Assembly: GCF_001652585.1 (NCBI RefSeq)
Contig: NZ_LWLG01000024.1
Location: 1 to 16,975, forward strand
Direction of reading: 5' to 3'
Source: Thermosulfurimonas dismutans
Lineage (GTDB): Bacteria > Desulfobacterota > Thermodesulfobacteria > Thermodesulfobacteriales > Thermodesulfobacteriaceae
DNA: 16,975 nt
The translations under genes and the position numbers were made by a program. Of the stretch, positions 13,638-16,975 are shown piece after piece. Below the pieces are notes generated by a model that saw only the letters and a program-made list of their open reading frames with translations, searched no databases and was not told the DNA's origin. Numbering within the stretch: position 1 is the first letter of the stretch; each line of letters begins with the position of its first letter.

Positions 13638-16385
13638 ATGGGGATTTTTACCAAAGTTTTGGCCAAAATCGTGGGCACTAAGAACGAGCGAGAGCTGAAG
13701 CGCCTCCGGCCCATTGTGGAGCGCATAAATGCCCTTGAGCCCGAGATGCGCAAACTCAAAGATCATGAGCTCGCCGGTAAGACTACGGAGTTCAAGGAAA
13801 GACTTTCGCGGGGGGAGAGCCTTGACGATCTTCTCCCCGAGGCCTTTGCGGTGGTGCGAGAGACTGGAAGAAGGGTCCTTGGAATGCGGCATTTCGATGT
13901 CCAGCTCATGGGCGGTATCGTACTCCATCAAGGAAAGATCGCGGAGATGAAAACCGGAGAAGGGAAAACCCTGGTGGCTACCCTTCCAGCCTATCTTAAC
14001 GCTCTCACCGGCAAGGGCGTCCACATCGTGACGGTGAACGATTATCTCGCCAAGCGCGACGCCGAGTGGATGGGAGCTATCTACCGGTTCCTCGGACTTT
14101 CGGTGGGGGTCATCGTCTCCGGGATGGATGATGCTGAGCGTAAACAGGCCTACGCCTGCGACATCACCTATGGGACCAACAACGAGTTCGGTTTCGACTA
14201 CCTCCGGGATAACATGAAGTATTCACTTGAGGACATGGTCCAGCGGGGCCACTACTATGCCATCGTGGACGAGGTGGACTCCATCCTCATAGACGAGGCC
14301 CGGACCCCCCTCATCATCTCTGGTCCCTCCGAGGAGTCTACCGAGCTCTATTACCACATCGATAAATTGGTTCGGCAGCTCAAGAAAGATGTCCATTTTA
14401 CGGTGGAGGAGAAGACCAAGACCGTGGTGCTCACCGAGGAAGGAGTGGCCGAGGTTGAGCGACTCCTCGGAATCGCTAATCTTTATGATCCCCGGCACGT
14501 AAACCTAGTCCATCACATAAACCAGGCCTTGCGAGCCCATCATCTCTTTCGTCGGGATGTGGATTACATCGTGAAAGACGGCAAGGTTATCATCGTGGAC
14601 GAGTTCACCGGGCGGCTCATGCCTGGCCGGCGTTGGTCAGACGGGCTGCACCAAGCCATCGAGGCCAAGGAGGGCGTCAGGATTGAAGAAGAGAACCAGA
14701 CGCTGGCTTCCATTACCTTCCAGAACTACTTTCGGATGTACGAGAAACTGGCTGGCATGACCGGTACGGCCGAGACCGAGGCCGTAGAGTTCAAGGAAAT
14801 TTATGATTTGGACGTGGTGGTTATTCCCACCCACAAACCCATGATTCGGATTGATTATCCCGATGTGGTCTATCGTACGGAGCGGGAGAAGTTTGAGGCT
14901 GTGGTGCAAGAGATCGAGGAACTATACCGGCAAGGGCGCCCGGTTTTGGTGGGTACTACTAGTATCGAAAAGAGTGAGCGGCTCTCTCGTATGCTCAAAA
15001 AGAAAAAGATCCCTCATCAGGTCTTAAATGCCAAATATCATGAGAAGGAAGCCGCCATTATCGCTCAGGCTGGTCGGCCCTATGCCGTAACCATCGCCAC
15101 CAACATGGCCGGTCGCGGGGTGGACATCCTTCTTGGTGGAAATCCTGAAGGCCTAGCCCGGGAAGAGCTCGAGCGCGAAGGTTATGATCTCGCTGAGATA
15201 GACGAGAGGGCCTGGCGCGAGGTTTTGAGTCTGGCTCGGGAGGGCAAAGATCCTACGGAAAAGTACCCTGAACGTTGGGCAGAGGTCCTCTACGAGAAGG
15301 TTAGGCAGTGTCAAGCGGACTACGATAAGGTGAAGGCCTTAGGAGGACTTCACATCATCGGGACCGAGCGACACGAGTCCCGCCGTATAGACAACCAGCT
15401 TCGGGGTCGGGCTGGGCGACAGGGTGACCCTGGTTCCTCTCGCTTCTACCTTTCTCTTGAGGACGATCTCTTGCGCCTTTTCGGTTCGGATAAGATCAGG
15501 GGCCTCATGGACAAGCTTGGTATGGAAGAGGGTGAGCCCATAGAACACCCTTGGCTTTCCAAGGCTATCGAGCAGGCTCAGAAGAAAGTCGAGGCCCACA
15601 ACTTTGAAATCCGGAAACACCTTCTCGAATACGATGATGTCATGAACCTCCAGCGAGAGACCATCTACAAGCAGCGGCGGGAGATCTTGGCGAGCGAGTC
15701 CGTCAAGGACTGGATCCTTGACATGATCGCGGATGTTTGTGAGGAGATCGTCTCCGAGTTCGTGGAAGAGAAGGCCCCGCCTGCGGAGTGGGATCTCAAG
15801 GGACTCTCCGAGCGTTTCCGAGCAGTTTTCGGCTTCGCTCCTCAGCTAGAACACATTCCGGAAACGGAAGAAGACCTGGTAGCCAGGCTCAAGGAAGAGG
15901 CCCTCTCGGCTTATGAACGCAAGGAAGAGGAAATCGGCCCTGAGCTTCTCCGGCATTTGGAGAAGATGTTCCTGCTCCAGACTATCGACACCCTTTGGAA
16001 GGATCATTTGTTGACCATGGATCATCTGCGGGAAAGTGTTGGGCTTCGGGGCTACGGACAGAAAGATCCCCTTCAGGAATACAAACGGGAGGCCTACGAA
16101 CTATTCACGGACCTTCTTGAGCGTATAAAGATCCAGACTTTGACCTATCTCTATCGGGTGCAGGTGGTACGAGAAGATGAAGTGAGGCAGCTTGAGGAGG
16201 AACGGAGGCGGCGTCAGATGCGACTGCGCTACGAACGGGGCGAGGAGACAGGTGAGGCTGAGCGGGCCAAACCGCAACCCATACGCCGTCAGAAGATTGG
16301 TCGGAACGATCCCTGTCCCTGTGGAAGTGGCAAAAAGTACAAAAAGTGTTGCGGTCGTCGTGAGGCCCAGGTTGCCGCTGCTTGA
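13638..16385 (+). CDS. secA: Preprotein translocase ATPase SecA
   Basis: Motifs are Walker [15 protein letters not shown], the DEAD-like [50 protein letters not shown] and the C-terminal zinc SEC-C motif [14 protein letters not shown] prefer the ATG at 13638, 8 nt after GAAGGG. The track GTG at 13629 is an alternative. Confidence 0.97.
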   Translation: MGIFTKVLAKIVGTKNERELKRLRPIVERINALEPEMRKLKDHELAGKTTEFKERLSRGESLDDLLPEAFAVVRETGRRVLGMRHFDVQLMGGIVLHQGKIAEMKTGEGKTLVATLPAYLNALTGKGVHIVTVNDYLAKRDAEWMGAIYRFLGLSVGVIVSGMDDAERKQAYACDITYGTNNEFGFDYLRDNMKYSLEDMVQRGHYYAIVDEVDSILIDEARTPLIISGPSEESTELYYHIDKLVRQLKKDVHFTVEEKTKTVVLTEEGVAEVERLLGIANLYDPRHVNLVHHINQALRAHHLFRRDVDYIVKDGKVIIVDEFTGRLMPGRRWSDGLHQAIEAKEGVRIEEENQTLASITFQNYFRMYEKLAGMTGTAETEAVEFKEIYDLDVVVIPTHKPMIRIDYPDVVYRTEREKFEAVVQEIEELYRQGRPVLVGTTSIEKSERLSRMLKKKKIPHQVLNAKYHEKEAAIIAQAGRPYAVTIATNMAGRGVDILLGGNPEGLAREELEREGYDLAEIDERAWREVLSLAREGKDPTEKYPERWAEVLYEKVRQCQADYDKVKALGGLHIIGTERHESRRIDNQLRGRAGRQGDPGSSRFYLSLEDDLLRLFGSDKIRGLMDKLGMEEGEPIEHPWLSKAIEQAQKKVEAHNFEIRKHLLEYDDVMNLQRETIYKQRREILASESVKDWILDMIADVCEEIVSEFVEEKAPPAEWDLKGLSERFRAVFGFAPQLEHIPETEEDLVARLKEEALSAYERKEEEIGPELLRHLEKMFLLQTIDTLWKDHLLTMDHLRESVGLRGYGQKDPLQEYKREAYELFTDLLERIKIQTLTYLYRVQVVREDEVRQLEEERRRRQMRLRYERGEETGEAERAKPQPIRRQKIGRNDPCPCGSGKKYKKCCGRREAQVAAA

Positions 16386-16395
16386 AGGATAACCC

Positions 16396-16975
16396 TTAAA
16401 GGTACTTCTTCCTTACCACCTCAATAGGTTCCGGGGGTCCGATGAAATAACCTTGGGAATAATCAATACCCATCTCTTTTACCAGGTTAAAAAGGGTTTC
16501 ATCCGCCACAAATTCTGCGACGGTTTTGATGCCAACTCGCCGAGCGAAATTGAGAATAGCCTCCACTAACAATCTGACATTCTCATCAGATGGGAGTCGT
16601 TTAATAAGAGAGGCATCAATTTTTAAATAATCAACTTTTAATTCTATAAGCCGTTCTAGATTGGAATAACCGATGCCAAAGTCATCGATGGCTATCTTGC
16701 AGCCTCTTTTTTTAAGTTCCTTTAGGAAATTAGCTATGGGCTCGTAATTCTTAATATCTTCGGTTTCGAGGATCTCAAAGACCATCCGCTGTGGTTCAAT
16801 CAAAATTTTGACCTTAGAAAGAAGAAACTCTTTTACTCCCGGAGTCTCAAAGTCTTGGAAAGAGAGATTTATAGAGACCTCAAAGGGGAGATCACGAAAA
16901 TCATCCAAGGCTCTTTCTATCACCACGCGCGTAATTTCAGGATAAATACCTGCCTTTTTTGAGACTTCCAGAAAC
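16396..16975 (-). CDS. EAL-domain c-di-GMP phosphodiesterase family protein. The 5' part lies outside the window.
   Basis: The frame stays open upstream of the track start to the window edge (..FLEVSKKAGIYPEITRVVIERAL..). Motifs are VSINLS, FEILETE, IAIDDFGIGYSNL, LKIDASLIK, VAEFV and DYSQGYFIGPP. Confidence 0.85.
   Translation of the reverse strand, partial: FLEVSKKAGIYPEITRVVIERALDDFRDLPFEVSINLSFQDFETPGVKEFLLSKVKILIEPQRMVFEILETEDIKNYEPIANFLKELKKRGCKIAIDDFGIGYSNLERLIELKVDYLKIDASLIKRLPSDENVRLLVEAILNFARRVGIKTVAEFVADETLFNLVKEMGIDYSQGYFIGPPEPIEVVRKKYL

Noticed and set aside
1-16975. A search for tRNA, rRNA or other structured RNA genes, CRISPR arrays, IS elements or integrases, prophage genes, and defence or toxin-antitoxin modules
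   Set aside because: Every ORF above about 110 aa on the supported strand has a housekeeping or signalling assignment. The largest non-coding gaps are about 50-60 nt, and no spaced direct repeats or terminal inverted repeats were seen by eye. Nothing supports such features here.

Overview
This is a very compact chromosomal housekeeping region. It is about 97% coding, no intergenic gap exceeds about 60 nt, and many start/stop codons overlap. The Glu/Lys/Arg/Leu-rich proteins suggest a thermophilic bacterium, but the taxon cannot be fixed from sequence alone. I support 17 protein-coding genes. In order they are: an HDOD-type c-di-GMP signalling protein (3' fragment), mpl, nfi, ispD, an OprI/Lpp-like alanine-zipper lipoprotein, a LysM-YkuD L,D-transpeptidase, a cysteine synthase::CysRS-like fusion, an EndoIII-related HhH-GPD protein, an EamA transporter, xth, a TrxR-fold flavoprotein, a universal stress protein, a PHP phosphoesterase, an RluB-family pseudouridine synthase, PmbA/TldE, secA and an EAL-domain protein (truncated at the window edge). 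I see no rRNA, tRNA, CRISPR array, transposase/integrase or recognisable defence or toxin-antitoxin module. The gaps are too short to hide a structured RNA gene. The most unusual object is the single 778-codon ORF that fuses an intact PLP cysteine synthase to a full-length CysRS homolog. That homolog keeps its Zn/cysteine pocket, but both class-I signature motifs are degenerate (HIGH to HLGL, KMSKS to KMSVS). Secondary observations are an OprI/Lpp-like lipoprotein ending in Arg-Lys next to an ErfK-clade L,D-transpeptidase, a five-cysteine cluster around the NAD(P)H site of the TrxR-like flavoprotein, an SD-sequestering hairpin, and AT-rich c-di-GMP genes at both window edges. All functional calls rest on motif recognition and remembered reference sequences, not on database searches.
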